Shown here: positions 18,034 to 29,800 of the stretch, one piece after another
Layout: the number at the start of each line of letters is the position of its first letter
Position numbering within the stretch: the stretch's first letter is position 1
Source of the DNA: Clostridia bacterium
GTDB taxonomy: Bacteria > Bacillota > Clostridia > Oscillospirales > CAG-272
Direction: 5' to 3'
NCBI GenBank assembly: GCA_017483305.1
Contig: JAFULC010000009.1
Location: forward strand, 7,337 to 71,336
Length of the DNA: 64,000 nucleotides
Notes under the pieces: generated by a model
What the model was told of the DNA's origin: nothing
Databases searched by the model: none
Seen by the model: only the letters and a program-made list of their open reading frames with translations
Translations under genes and position numbers: made by a program

Positions 18034-19575
18034 TCAGCTTACCTTTGTGATTTCAACATTAACGTCACCGTAGTTGCCGCCATCCCAAGAGAATACGATC
18101 TTGTAAGTTCCAGCCTCTTCAACCTTAAAGTTTGCACCCTGGTTATCTGTAAGATCCACACCAAAGTTGTGTGTCCATGCATAACCCTGACGAACCTTAA
18201 ATTCACCACCCTCAGGAAGCTCAACTGTAGCCGTCCAGGTGTTTTCGGGGCTTTCAACCATCGCTACGTCAACGTCCCAGTTGGAACCGTTAACCTGACC
18301 GATAACTGTCCAAGCTCTTCTCTGCTCGGGAGTGAGATCGAGCCATGCACCGATAGCAGTATCATAGTTGTTAAGAGCGTTCTGGATATCTTCATCGGAT
18401 TTAGCATTCTTAGCCTCTGCGCCAAGAACCTTTGCGATATCCCACCAAGAACCGCCTATCTGACACTGAGGGATCGCATGCTCGTTCTGCATTGCAAGTG
18501 CTGCAAGGGACTCGTTAGACTGAACTGCTTCAGATGCCTGAGCATTCTTGTTGGAGGGACCCCACTCGAAGCTCTCGAATCTCTGCTTCTGGCACTCTTC
18601 ACCGGTGAGGTACTGAGCGAGGAGCGAAAGAACTGCTGCCTTCTTAGCATCGGTCTGAGGCTTAACACCCATAAGCTTGTTACCGGAGTAAGAGCCGAGG
18701 TGATAGGAAGTACCGTCAACAGTGAAAGAAGGAAGATCGGTAGCACCGAGGTTTTCGCCAAAGTGCTCTGCTGCTGCGCCTGCATTCCAGATACCGGTAA
18801 CGATAGCGCCTGCGTCTGCAAATGTATCAGCATCGGAGTCGTAGCAAGAAGACTTAGCAAGCTTCTGCATACCCTTCATAGCAATGATACCCTCAGCGGA
18901 ATTGAAGGTGTCGTCAATAGAAACGAATTCGCCACCCTCATCCATAGTCCAGTTGGAGTGACAACCGGTTGCGAAGAAGAAGGAAGCGGTGTACCAAGCG
19001 TTCTCAAGAGCGAAGCGGAACTTCTTGCCGTTTGCTTCACATGCAGCGATAATAGCCTCGAGACTATCAGCATCCTCTTCAGAGATGATGCTCTTATCGT
19101 AGTAGAGGTAGTAACCGTTATCACTGGTCATAGGATAAGCATAGATAGTACCTGCAACGGTTGCTGCTGCAACGGAGCCTGCATCGTTGTTAGCCTTGAT
19201 AGCGTCTGCTGCTGCCTTACCGGGAGCTGCAAGAGCTGCTGCCTGAACAAGACGAGCGAGCTGGTCCTGTGCGAAGCAGTAAATGTCGGGAGCAGTTGCA
19301 ACGTCTGCAACTACCTTGGAGCCTGCATCAGCCTCGGTTACGCCCTCGATAGAAGCGTTGATGATGATGCCGGGGTTAGCTTCCATAAAAGCTGCGATCT
19401 GCTGCTTGAACTGGTCTGCAACGCCTTCTTTTTCAGAAACCCACATGGTAATATCGTAAGTACCAGCAAGCTCAGAATTGTCGTTTGTTTGGCCACCGTT
19501 GTTATTACATCCAACGAAGCATGCAACAAGCATCATAGCCGCCAGAACAAGAGCTAAGATTTTACTCATTTTCAT
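18034..19575 (-). CDS. Maltodextrin/oligosaccharide-binding lipoprotein (MalE/CycB-like) with extra C-terminal beta-sandwich (starch-binding-CBM-like) domain
   Basis: ATG 19575 with an AAGGAGG SD and lipobox ACFVGC|NNNG. MalE-like body. The last ~95 aa (WTVIGQVNGSNWDVDVAMVESPENTWTATVELPEGGEFKVRQGYAWTHNFG...) show the aromatic pattern of starch-binding modules. Confidence 0.8.
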   Translation of the reverse strand: MKMSKILALVLAAMMLVACFVGCNNNGGQTNDNSELAGTYDITMWVSEKEGVADQFKQQIAAFMEANPGIIINASIEGVTEADAGSKVVADVATAPDIYCFAQDQLARLVQAAALAAPGKAAADAIKANNDAGSVAAATVAGTIYAYPMTSDNGYYLYYDKSIISEEDADSLEAIIAACEANGKKFRFALENAWYTASFFFATGCHSNWTMDEGGEFVSIDDTFNSAEGIIAMKGMQKLAKSSCYDSDADTFADAGAIVTGIWNAGAAAEHFGENLGATDLPSFTVDGTSYHLGSYSGNKLMGVKPQTDAKKAAVLSLLAQYLTGEECQKQRFESFEWGPSNKNAQASEAVQSNESLAALAMQNEHAIPQCQIGGSWWDIAKVLGAEAKNAKSDEDIQNALNNYDTAIGAWLDLTPEQRRAWTVIGQVNGSNWDVDVAMVESPENTWTATVELPEGGEFKVRQGYAWTHNFGVDLTDNQGANFKVEEAGTYKIVFSWDGGNYGDVNVEITKVS

Positions 19576-19608
19576 AAGTAAACCTCCTTGAAATAAATAA
19601 TTGTTATT

Positions 19609-19623
19609 TGCGTGTCTCACGCA
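19609..19623. promoter_or_regulatory. Perfect palindrome TGCGTG-aga-CACGCA at the predicted transcription start (candidate operator)
   Basis: A 6-3-6 inverted repeat lying 7-21 nt downstream of the -10 box at 19630-19635. Confidence 0.3.
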
Positions 19624-19629
19624 CATATT

Positions 19630-19658
19630 ATTGTATCATTTTTTATACGATTTGTCAA
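19630..19658 (-). promoter_or_regulatory. SigA-type promoter of the binding-protein/permease operon
   Basis: Minus strand: TTGACA - 17 nt - TACAAT, with a TGa extended -10. Confidence 0.6.
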
Positions 19659-19738
19659 CTACAATATAAACTTTTAGTTGATTTTTGGCACATTTAACAA
19701 AAAACAGTGCCAATTTTTAACAAATTGCCGAAATTACT

Positions 19739-21334
19739 TTACTTGATTAAAACACTGGTCTGCGGACCTAAAGTCAAAACAGTACCGTTCAATTTAGCCT
19801 TTCCCTGCCCAATATAATCGCAGATCTTCGAGAAATCCACGTCCTCAAGCTCGGGACATTGGCTCAGATCGTATGACAGCTCCTCCATAGAGGTATTGTG
19901 TATCAGAATAAGGCTCTCTCCCTCGTAATCGATCACAAAGCCACCAAGATTTTTGTGTCCGCAATCGATCGCCGTGTATACACCACGCGCGATAGCGGGA
20001 TACCTGTGGCGTATCGAAAGCAGCTTGCAGTAATATCTGTAAAGACTGTTCTCATCCTCCATCTGATCCTCAACCGTAGAGCTGATCTGCTTGTCGGAGG
20101 CATAACTCGATCCAACGGGATTCTTGACCGTGTCTCCATCGCCCCAAAGCATCGCAAGACGGCGGTTCGCATCTGTATTTGCACTTCCTCGCGAGCCCCT
20201 CATACCGAGCTCCTCGCCATAATAGATCACAGGCGAGCCACTGCACAGAATATAGAGATTTGCCGCCATTCGCATGTTGTTTTCGGTAACGAAGGTTCCC
20301 GCAATTCTGTCCATATCGTGATTTGACAGGAACGGCATCACCATTCCGTCGGGATTTCTCGCAAGCACCTTGCTCTGATAAGACTCAACGTAGCCTGTAA
20401 ACTTGGAAATGGCTGAATTGCCCTTTGCGGCAGTCGAAACCACGCCCTCCGCCTGCGCCATTGCGAAGTTAAAGCAATTCATAGCGCTATAATAATCAAG
20501 TATTTCCGTCTCACCCGACCAACATTCGCCGACGCAGTAAATATCGGGATTAATTTTATAAAGCTCATCCATATACCATTCCCAGAACTCAACCGACTTG
20601 GCGGTGTCTCCGTAGTATATGTACTTGACCGCATCAAAGCGGAAGCCGTCGACTCCAAGCTCAAGATAATATTTTGCCACGTCAAGCATAACTTCCCTGA
20701 CCTTCGGATTGTCGTAATTAAGCTCGGGCATAGCGCCGTCGAAATTACATTCGTACCAAAATTCGCCCGTCAGCTGTCTGTAGCTGATACCACCCACCTT
20801 TTCGTCGGCGGTCACACAGGAATAAAAATCGTAGTATTCGTTTTCAACGTCACCGCTCAGGCGCGCCTCCTTGAATTTAAGGAACCACTCGTGCTGATCG
20901 GACGTGTGATTGATCGCAAGGTCAAGTATAATCTTAACGTTGCGTGAGTGACAAAGCTCGATCAGCTCCTTAAGATCCTTCTCCTCTCCGAATCGCCGAT
21001 CTATCTTATAATAGTCCTTTGCATCGTACTTGTGATAGGTAGGCGACGAGAAGATGGGAGACAGCCAGATCCCCTGCACTCCAAGGCTTGTTTCGGAGTT
21101 GACGTTTCCGTCGTTGAGATAGTCGAAGCGGTTGATGATGCCGCGGATATCTCCGAATCCGTCACCGTTTGAATCCGAGAACGAGCCAACGAATATCTGA
21201 TAAAACGATCTGTAATTATCGTCCACCGTATCGGGAGCCGCCTCGGGCGTTTTATTGCATCCAACGGTAAAAATCGAAAGCATCATAGCACACACCAAAA
21301 CCAATACTGTCAAAAATATTCTCTTTTTAGTCAT
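19739..21334 (-). CDS. GH13 alpha-amylase-family glycosidase, lipoprotein
   Basis: ATG 21334 (MTKKRIFL) with a GGTGGAG SD and lipobox FTVGC|NKT. GH13 regions present: DLAINHTS, GVDGFRFDAVKY, VGECW, FLSNHDMDR. Confidence 0.85.
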   Translation of the reverse strand: MTKKRIFLTVLVLVCAMMLSIFTVGCNKTPEAAPDTVDDNYRSFYQIFVGSFSDSNGDGFGDIRGIINRFDYLNDGNVNSETSLGVQGIWLSPIFSSPTYHKYDAKDYYKIDRRFGEEKDLKELIELCHSRNVKIILDLAINHTSDQHEWFLKFKEARLSGDVENEYYDFYSCVTADEKVGGISYRQLTGEFWYECNFDGAMPELNYDNPKVREVMLDVAKYYLELGVDGFRFDAVKYIYYGDTAKSVEFWEWYMDELYKINPDIYCVGECWSGETEILDYYSAMNCFNFAMAQAEGVVSTAAKGNSAISKFTGYVESYQSKVLARNPDGMVMPFLSNHDMDRIAGTFVTENNMRMAANLYILCSGSPVIYYGEELGMRGSRGSANTDANRRLAMLWGDGDTVKNPVGSSYASDKQISSTVEDQMEDENSLYRYYCKLLSIRHRYPAIARGVYTAIDCGHKNLGGFVIDYEGESLILIHNTSMEELSYDLSQCPELEDVDFSKICDYIGQGKAKLNGTVLTLGPQTSVLIK

Positions 21335-21344
21335 TACTCCACCT

Positions 21345-23360
<2,016 letters not shown>

Positions 23361-23369
23361 CTATCGGGA

Positions 23370-26030
23370 TTATTGAGCAAGCTCGTCGTTCACGTATACC
23401 CTCACGCTTATCCTATCCACAGTGATATCACCGCTCTCACGTGCGATTACCGCAGAGCCGGCACTCTGACCGTCCGCAACGAGATTCCACTCGCCCTCGA
23501 TCGTGCAAGGCAGATTCGTGTTATGGGGATTGACAACTACCATAGCCTTGCCGCCGTTTCCGTCGTCATAGGTAATGACAAGAATTCCGCTTCCAAGCTC
23601 CTCGTGAGTGATCACAGTGGAGTTATCCGTGAAGATACCGTATACCTTGCGCATCTCGATAAGTCCCTTGTAGTAGAGCATGGTTTCGTATTCTCTGCTT
23701 CCGCTCTTGAGAACCGACCAATCAATATTATTGACCGCATCGCTCGATTTATAACTGTTCTCATCGCCGCCCTTGGTGCGAAGCATTTCCTCGCCCGCCT
23801 GCCAGAAGGGCGTTCCCTTGGATATCATAAGGATCGCCGCACCAAGATTATTCATCCTATTGCGATCGCCGTCGGAATTGTCGGGATTTGATAGCAGAAG
23901 CTTATCCCAAAGGGTGTTGTTGTCGTGTGCACTCATATAGTTTATTACCATAGAGTCGGTAACTCTCCAGGTAGTACCCGATACCGCACCGCCGTTGACA
24001 CCGAACATAACCTTTATAAGATTAGCCTTCGCAGCGCCGCTTATAAAGCCCTTCGACTTTGCATCAAACACGCTTCCCTTCAAGCCATCGCGAATAGCAT
24101 CGTTGAATACCGCGATAGAGCCGATCGCATCGCCCGTAGGTGTGATCTGACTGATATTCGACTGATTTGCCTGTTTGCTTCCGTCAATGGTAGAGCCCAT
24201 AGTCCAACCCTCGCCGTACAGAATGGCGTTGGTATTGACGGTATGAACCGCGCTCTCAACCTCCTGCATAGTCTGAAGATCGTGGAGACCCATAAGGTCG
24301 AAGCGAAGTCCGTCAAGCTTGTATTCCTCGACCCAGTAAGCCGTGGAGTCGACCATAAACTTACCGTACATATATCTTTCAGATGCAGTATCGTTTCCGC
24401 ATCCGCTCGCAGAGGAATTCGCGCCCGACGAGGTGTATCTTTAATAGTAGTAAGGAACTATCTTGTTAAACGAGCTGTTAGCATCGTAGGTATGGTTGTA
24501 AACCATATCCATAATGACACCGATGCCTGCCTCGTGCAGAGCCTTCACCATCTCCTTGTATTCGCGGATTCTAACCTCGCCGTTATAAGGATCGGTGGAG
24601 TAGCTTCCCTCGGGAACGTTATAGTTTTCGGGGTCGTATCCCCAGTTGAACTGATCGTCGGGATGAGTCTCGTCAACCGACGCGTAGTCGTATACGGGAA
24701 GCAGATGCACGTGAGTGATACCGAGATTTACAAGGTAATCAACACCGACCGCCTCTCCGTGTTCGTTAACGAGTCCTCTCTCGGTGAACGCGAGATATTT
24801 GCCCTTGTACTGCGAGGATGCGATCTTATTGGAGAAGTCTCTTACGTGAACCTCCCAGATGATAGCATCGGAGTATTTTTCGATGGGAGAAGCAAGGATA
24901 GCATCATCCCAACCCTCAGGATCGGTAAGCGAAAGATCAACGACCATTCCGCGCTTACCGTTAACGCCTGCCGCCTTTGCGTAGGGGTCGACCGCCTCCT
25001 GAGTACCGACCGCGGTAGTAACCGTATAGGTGTAGTATGTGCCGTGACCGCACGCCTCTGTGTGCGACCAAACTCCCTTTTCACCCCTGACCATCTCAAC
25101 GGTCTTATAAGCATCAACGCCGTTGCCCTTCTCAAAGAGATTGAGCACCACCTTGGACGCCGTGGGAGCCCATACCTTGAACGTGGTGTTGTCGCCGTCT
25201 ATGATAGCTCCGAGATCGTTGCCGTCGTAGTGATAATTTTCAGCGAAATACTCGCTATCAAAAATGCCGGTAGGAACAACCGCCTTCTCGCCGTAGCCCT
25301 CGATAACTACGCGATAATTCTTCGACAGATCAAGAGTCTCGCCGACTACGATATATCCCATAGCCGCTTCCTTGCCGAGAGTGGAAATGCTTTCAACTGC
25401 TATCTCTCTGTCGCCCTCGTAGACCTTGACCCTGCTAAGCTCAGATATGGTATCCTTGGGTGTGATCCTGTACTGGATCTTATTTTCCTCGACCATACCT
25501 GCCATTGAAAATTTCTTTATCATTGTAAGAGTTTTTCCTCCATCGTTGCTACTGTACTGCTCAGGATCGCCGGGCTTGAGATAAATAAACGTCTCCTTGC
25601 CCTCGATGATCGCAAATCTGTCCTGCTCAAAATCCTTGGTTGCGCTGCCCCATGAGCTTCCTCCGGGCTCGGAGCAATCTCTGCGGACGATAAATCCGAC
25701 CTCCTCTACGCCCTCGGGCACGTTAATTACCACCTTCGCGCCGTAAGAGCACTCGTGGAAGGTATATCCCTGACCCGCCTTATCGCCCCACCAGATCCAA
25801 ATATCGCAGTTTTCATAAGTGCCGTTATAGGTCCAGTAAAGCGTCAGCTGATTATATCCGTCCTCAAGAGGAAGCTTATACTCATCCTCGGGATTCCAGG
25901 TCTGTCCGGTGGTCGTTTCCTCGGTTGTCTCCTCACCGTTTCCGACGTGATTGTCACACGCGGTCAATATCAGGGAGAATATCATCAGAAACACCAGGGT
26001 CATCGAAACGAAACGAAGTGTCTTTTTCAT
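23370..26030 (-). pseudogene. pulA: Type I pullulanase (GH13) interrupted by a single in-frame TAA at 24441-24443
   Basis: Track ORFs 24441..26081 and 23370..24371 are in the same frame. Read-through gives ...DMVYNHTYDANSSFNKIVPYYY*RYTSSGANSSASGCGNDTASERYMYGKFMVDSTAYWVEEYKLDGLRFDLMGLHD.... Lipobox LTAC|DNH follows ATG 26030. Confidence 0.8.
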
Positions 26031-26052
26031 AGTATGCCTCTCTTTTTCAATT

Positions 26053-27546
26053 TTATTTGTTTCTCTTGGTGCGTGTTGCAAGTGTGAGCATCTTTTCTCT
26101 CAGCTTCCCTGTGTTGTAGCGAGGATTGATCCTCCAGGTCCAGTTGCCTGCCGCGGTTGCGGGCGTATTCATTCTGCCCTCCTCGTTCGAGAGCTCAAGA
26201 TAGTCCTGCATAGGAACTACCGCAAGGTTGGCAATGCTGTTGAACGCGAATTCGATAAGATCGCAGGTGCGACTCTGCGCCTTGTTTCTCGGGCACTCAC
26301 GCTCAAATCTCTCCTTGGCATCTCCCTCAAGATTTTTGATCCAGCTATACGTACAGTCGGAATCGTGGGAGGATGCGTATACTACGCAATTCTTGGTCTC
26401 AAACATCCTCGGCAGATACTCACTGTCCTCGTCATAGAAAGCGAAATGCAGCATCTTCATTCCGGGGAATCCGGCATCCGACAGAAGCTCGCGAACGTCA
26501 TCGGTGATAAATCCGAGATCCTCTGCAATGATCTTTGCCTTCGGGAAGACCTTTGCAATAGTACGGAAAAGCTCTATGCCGGGTGCACTGTCCCACTTGC
26601 CGTTTTTCGCAGTAGACTCGCCGTAAGGCACGTTGTAATATCCCGCAAAGCCGCGGAAATGGTCTATTCTCAAAATATCGTAGAGCTTGAATGCCGCGCC
26701 TACTCGGTCAACCCACCAACCGAATTTCTGCTCCTTCATAAGCTCCCAGTTGTATATGGGATTTCCCCAAAGCTGACCGTCGGGCGAGAATCCGTCGGGA
26801 GGACAGCCCGCAACAACAGTGGGATTGTAGTTTTCATCAAGCAGGAACTGCTCGGGAGCCGCCCAAACGTCCATACTGTCGTGAGCCACGTAGATCGGCA
26901 TATCTCCAATGATCATAATTCCCTTTTTATGAGCGTGATCCACTATCAGCTGCCACTCGCGTGCGAATTCATACTGTACCCAACGCCAGAATGCCATCTC
27001 GCCCTCGAACTCCTCCTTGTGAAGCAAGGCCTTCTTGTAATCGCGGTGCTCCTCGCTCCAAAGCGTCCACTGGCAGTAGTTATAGTTGACCTTGAGCGCC
27101 ATAAATAGCGCGTATTTTTCAAGCCACTCCGAGTTTTCCCTCACAAAGCTCTCATATTTTGCGTTGGGAGTAAAACGTGAGAAAGCGAGTCTAAGCGCCT
27201 TGTATCTCGCGTTAAAGAGCCAACCGTAGTCGATCTTTTTAGAGTCGTTTTTCTGCTCCTCAAGCTCCTCCTTTGTCAAAAGTCCCTGCTTTGCGAGAGT
27301 GTCAAGATCTATAAAATATGGATTGCCCGCAACCGACGAGGGTGACTGATACGGGCTATCTCCGTAAGACGTAGGGTTGAGCGGCAACACCTGCCAGCAC
27401 TTCTGAGCGGTAGCATCGAGAAAATCAATAAAAGCGTGCGCCTGTCTGCCAAAGCTTCCGATACCGTACTTGGACGGAAGACTGCTTACGGGCATGATCA
27501 CGCCCGCCTTGTGTTCAAAGCCAAAATTCTTGGTGTAACTCTTCAT
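26053..27546 (-). CDS. malQ: 4-alpha-glucanotransferase (amylomaltase, GH77)
   Basis: GVIMPVSSLPSKYGIGSFG, WQVLPLNPTSYGDSPYQS, LRIDHFRGF, IIAEDLG and SHDS are typical MalQ blocks. ATG 27546 is preferred over TTG 27564. Confidence 0.9.
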   Translation of the reverse strand: MKSYTKNFGFEHKAGVIMPVSSLPSKYGIGSFGRQAHAFIDFLDATAQKCWQVLPLNPTSYGDSPYQSPSSVAGNPYFIDLDTLAKQGLLTKEELEEQKNDSKKIDYGWLFNARYKALRLAFSRFTPNAKYESFVRENSEWLEKYALFMALKVNYNYCQWTLWSEEHRDYKKALLHKEEFEGEMAFWRWVQYEFAREWQLIVDHAHKKGIMIIGDMPIYVAHDSMDVWAAPEQFLLDENYNPTVVAGCPPDGFSPDGQLWGNPIYNWELMKEQKFGWWVDRVGAAFKLYDILRIDHFRGFAGYYNVPYGESTAKNGKWDSAPGIELFRTIAKVFPKAKIIAEDLGFITDDVRELLSDAGFPGMKMLHFAFYDEDSEYLPRMFETKNCVVYASSHDSDCTYSWIKNLEGDAKERFERECPRNKAQSRTCDLIEFAFNSIANLAVVPMQDYLELSNEEGRMNTPATAAGNWTWRINPRYNTGKLREKMLTLATRTKRNK

Positions 27547-27604
27547 AATGAAAATCCTTTCCAAATTTATATAAATGCAACAAGAAATTTATTCTGCACA
27601 TAAT

Positions 27605-27633
27605 ATTATACCATCATATTAACCAAAGAGCAA
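27605..27633 (-). promoter_or_regulatory. Candidate promoter upstream of malQ
   Basis: Minus strand: TTGCTC - 17 nt - TATAAT, with a TGg extended -10. Confidence 0.4.
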
Positions 27634-27711
27634 GGTGTTTGAGCTAAATTTTTCAAAAAAATTATGGCAAAAACACAAAATGACACTATTCGACACCGCT
27701 CATTTACAATT

Positions 27712-27747
27712 AAAAATCCGACAGATTCTCAAATCTGTCGGGTTTTA
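27712..27747 (-). terminator. Intrinsic terminator after the PNPOx-like gene
   Basis: The ccgacagat-tctcaa-atctgtcgg stem is flanked by an A-tract and a T-tract. Confidence 0.65.
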
Positions 27748-27755
27748 TCATTCAA

Positions 27756-28181
27756 TTACGTAAAATCGATCTCATAACGAGCACCGTTTGAAAACAAAAT
27801 TCCCTCGGTTAGCCTTATACGGAGAATGCAGGTGTTTATATCGTCAAAATTGTTGTGGCCGTTATCGATCCACGAAGAAAATATATCTCTCATTTTGCTC
27901 GCAATACGCAAATTCTCCGATTTGCCGAAATACCCTAAATTCTCGCCTATGCCCTGCGCGGTGAACCATTGACCCGAGATCGCAACCGTCGGGTTTTGCT
28001 CTATCTGCTTCATTTTTCCCGACAAGGCGTGAGTAAGCACGTAAAAAGCTCCGTTTTCGTAAAAAGCGTCAACCTGGCGAACAAACGGCTTATTATCAAT
28101 GGCGGTCGCCAGCGCAATTATACTGTCCTTACCAAACCTCTCAAGCAATACTGCGTTGGTTTTATCAGATAGCTTTTCCAT
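27756..28181 (-). CDS. Pyridoxamine 5'-phosphate oxidase-family (split-barrel FMN-binding) protein
   Basis: 141 aa with an AAGGAGAG SD. Pattern PFVRQVDAFYENGAFYVLTH...NPTVAISG is typical of the general-stress-26/PNPOx-like family. Confidence 0.65.
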   Translation of the reverse strand: MEKLSDKTNAVLLERFGKDSIIALATAIDNKPFVRQVDAFYENGAFYVLTHALSGKMKQIEQNPTVAISGQWFTAQGIGENLGYFGKSENLRIASKMRDIFSSWIDNGHNNFDDINTCILRIRLTEGILFSNGARYEIDFT

Positions 28182-28194
28182 AACGCTCTCCTTT

Positions 28195-28722
28195 TTACTC
28201 CAGCACCTTTACAAGCTCGTCAGTGTCCTTTCGCTTTTTCGAGCGAAGCTTATCGTCCTTGGCATATCCGACCGTGATAACGAGTCGGACCGCTCCGTCA
28301 AGACCACAGATCTCTCGGATTTCGGCATCGTCAAGCCAACCGAGAATACAGCTTCCGAGACCCAAGGCGGTTGCCTCCGCGGTAATGTATGCCGCCAAAA
28401 TTCCGATATCGATCGAGCGGTAGTCGTTTCCCTTCACCTTTGCGCCGAGCGCCGCAGACGGCACGTACGGCTTTTCCGACAAAACGAGAAGAACGGGAGC
28501 GTCAGATGCAAATTTGTTCATTCCCATTCCCTGAACTGCCTTAGCTACCCTCCCCGCATACTCACCCTTACAAACTGTGATATGGTAAGGCTGACCGTTG
28601 CACGCCGACGGCGAAAGTCGGGCGGATTCAAGTATGCGGTCAAGCTTTTCCTGCTCAACCTCTCGGCTTGGGTCGTAGCTGCGGCAGGACTGCCGCGACT
28701 CTGCAATTTCGGTAAAATTCAT
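28195..28722 (-). CDS. Nitroreductase-family protein
   Basis: RQSCRSYDP...LDRILESARLSPSACNGQPYH is the canonical N-terminal nitroreductase motif. Confidence 0.8.
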   Translation of the reverse strand: MNFTEIAESRQSCRSYDPSREVEQEKLDRILESARLSPSACNGQPYHITVCKGEYAGRVAKAVQGMGMNKFASDAPVLLVLSEKPYVPSAALGAKVKGNDYRSIDIGILAAYITAEATALGLGSCILGWLDDAEIREICGLDGAVRLVITVGYAKDDKLRSKKRKDTDELVKVLE

Positions 28723-28747
28723 AACTATCTCCTCAATCGTCTGACAC

Positions 28748-29674
28748 TTATTTTTTATTCTTTTCCTTTGCTCTTTTATCCTGAATGATCTGCATATGCT
28801 CTGCCGTGATCAGCTCAACTCCGTTTTCCTTTGCCCAATCAACGCATCCCTTGAGCACGAGAGGCAAAAATACTCTCGGCACTGCAAGAACGGTCTTGAG
28901 CGCATCGTCGGTGAACTTGACCTTATCGTCTGCTCTGTCTGCGGCATAGCGAACCGATTCAAGAGATGCCTGGCGCATCTGAAGAAGCTCCGCTCTCATC
29001 TTGGTCTTTCTGTGGAACCAGAAATTCTTGGAATCGCGGTATCCGTAGTCAACGGGCAGAGGCGGAAAATCCTTTGCACGCACGCCGTTGATGATAGCGT
29101 CGCGGTACTTCTTTTTCATCAATATCTTGTCAACTCGGAGAATGAAATGGGCTCCGAATTTACTTGTAATACCGTTAAAATCGTGATACGGTCCCTCATA
29201 TCCGTTAAGCTCTCCTGCAACGTCCTTGTCCGCGCCGTCAAGCTCGCGCATCCACGTGCATTCGATCGCCTCGATCGCGTCGGTCAGTATCATAGGTCTT
29301 GCCTCTCCGCTCTCTTCCTCGATCAAGCTCTTTTCAAGCTTGAAATTGCATCGGGGCATCTTTTCCGAGGGCTTGTCGCCGGGCCAGGAAAGCTTTACCG
29401 CTTCCTTAAAGGTAGACGGCTTATCGTCTATGAAATTGAGGGAGCATTTGCCGTTGCGAAGAATATTCTTCGCCGTGTTGGACGAGTTTCTGCAGCACAG
29501 AAGCATAGCGTAGTAATCCTTGCCTGCCACGTAATAGGGCTGAACGAGAGAATACGGACCGAGATTGGTCGTACCGTCCTCGCAAAGCGTGCTGATGATG
29601 ACCGTGGGCATCGGGAAATAAAGTGACGTCTGATAAAAATTGTCAACGATTCTAAGATTTTCAAAGCTACTCAT
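28748..29674 (-). CDS. Flavin-reductase-like domain protein with C-terminal extension (function unknown)
   Basis: ATG 29674 with an AAGAGG SD. FPMPTVIISTLCEDGTTNLGPYS resembles FMN-binding split-barrel reductases. Confidence 0.5.
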   Translation of the reverse strand: MSSFENLRIVDNFYQTSLYFPMPTVIISTLCEDGTTNLGPYSLVQPYYVAGKDYYAMLLCCRNSSNTAKNILRNGKCSLNFIDDKPSTFKEAVKLSWPGDKPSEKMPRCNFKLEKSLIEEESGEARPMILTDAIEAIECTWMRELDGADKDVAGELNGYEGPYHDFNGITSKFGAHFILRVDKILMKKKYRDAIINGVRAKDFPPLPVDYGYRDSKNFWFHRKTKMRAELLQMRQASLESVRYAADRADDKVKFTDDALKTVLAVPRVFLPLVLKGCVDWAKENGVELITAEHMQIIQDKRAKEKNKK

Positions 29675-29760
29675 AATCAAACCTCTTTCAAAAATATTTT
29701 TACTACACCTTATTGTAGCACATTTATCGCAAAATGTAAATATAAATTTCAACCAAATTG

Positions 29761-29792
29761 AGAAAAAGCCGAAGGGAAAGGCTCCCGTCGGC
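29761..29792 (-). terminator. Intrinsic terminator after the ADP-ribosylglycohydrolase gene
   Basis: Minus strand: GCCGACGGG-agccttt-CCCTTCGGC (one mismatch) followed by TTTTTCTC. Confidence 0.5.
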
Positions 29793-29800
29793 GACCAAAA

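Noticed and set aside
24438-24446. Possibility that the in-frame TAA in the pullulanase is programmed recoding (readthrough, selenocysteine or pyrrolysine).
   Set aside because: TAA is not a Sec or Pyl codon. It terminates many other genes in the window, and I see no downstream stimulatory structure. A nonsense mutation or a sequence error is the simpler reading.
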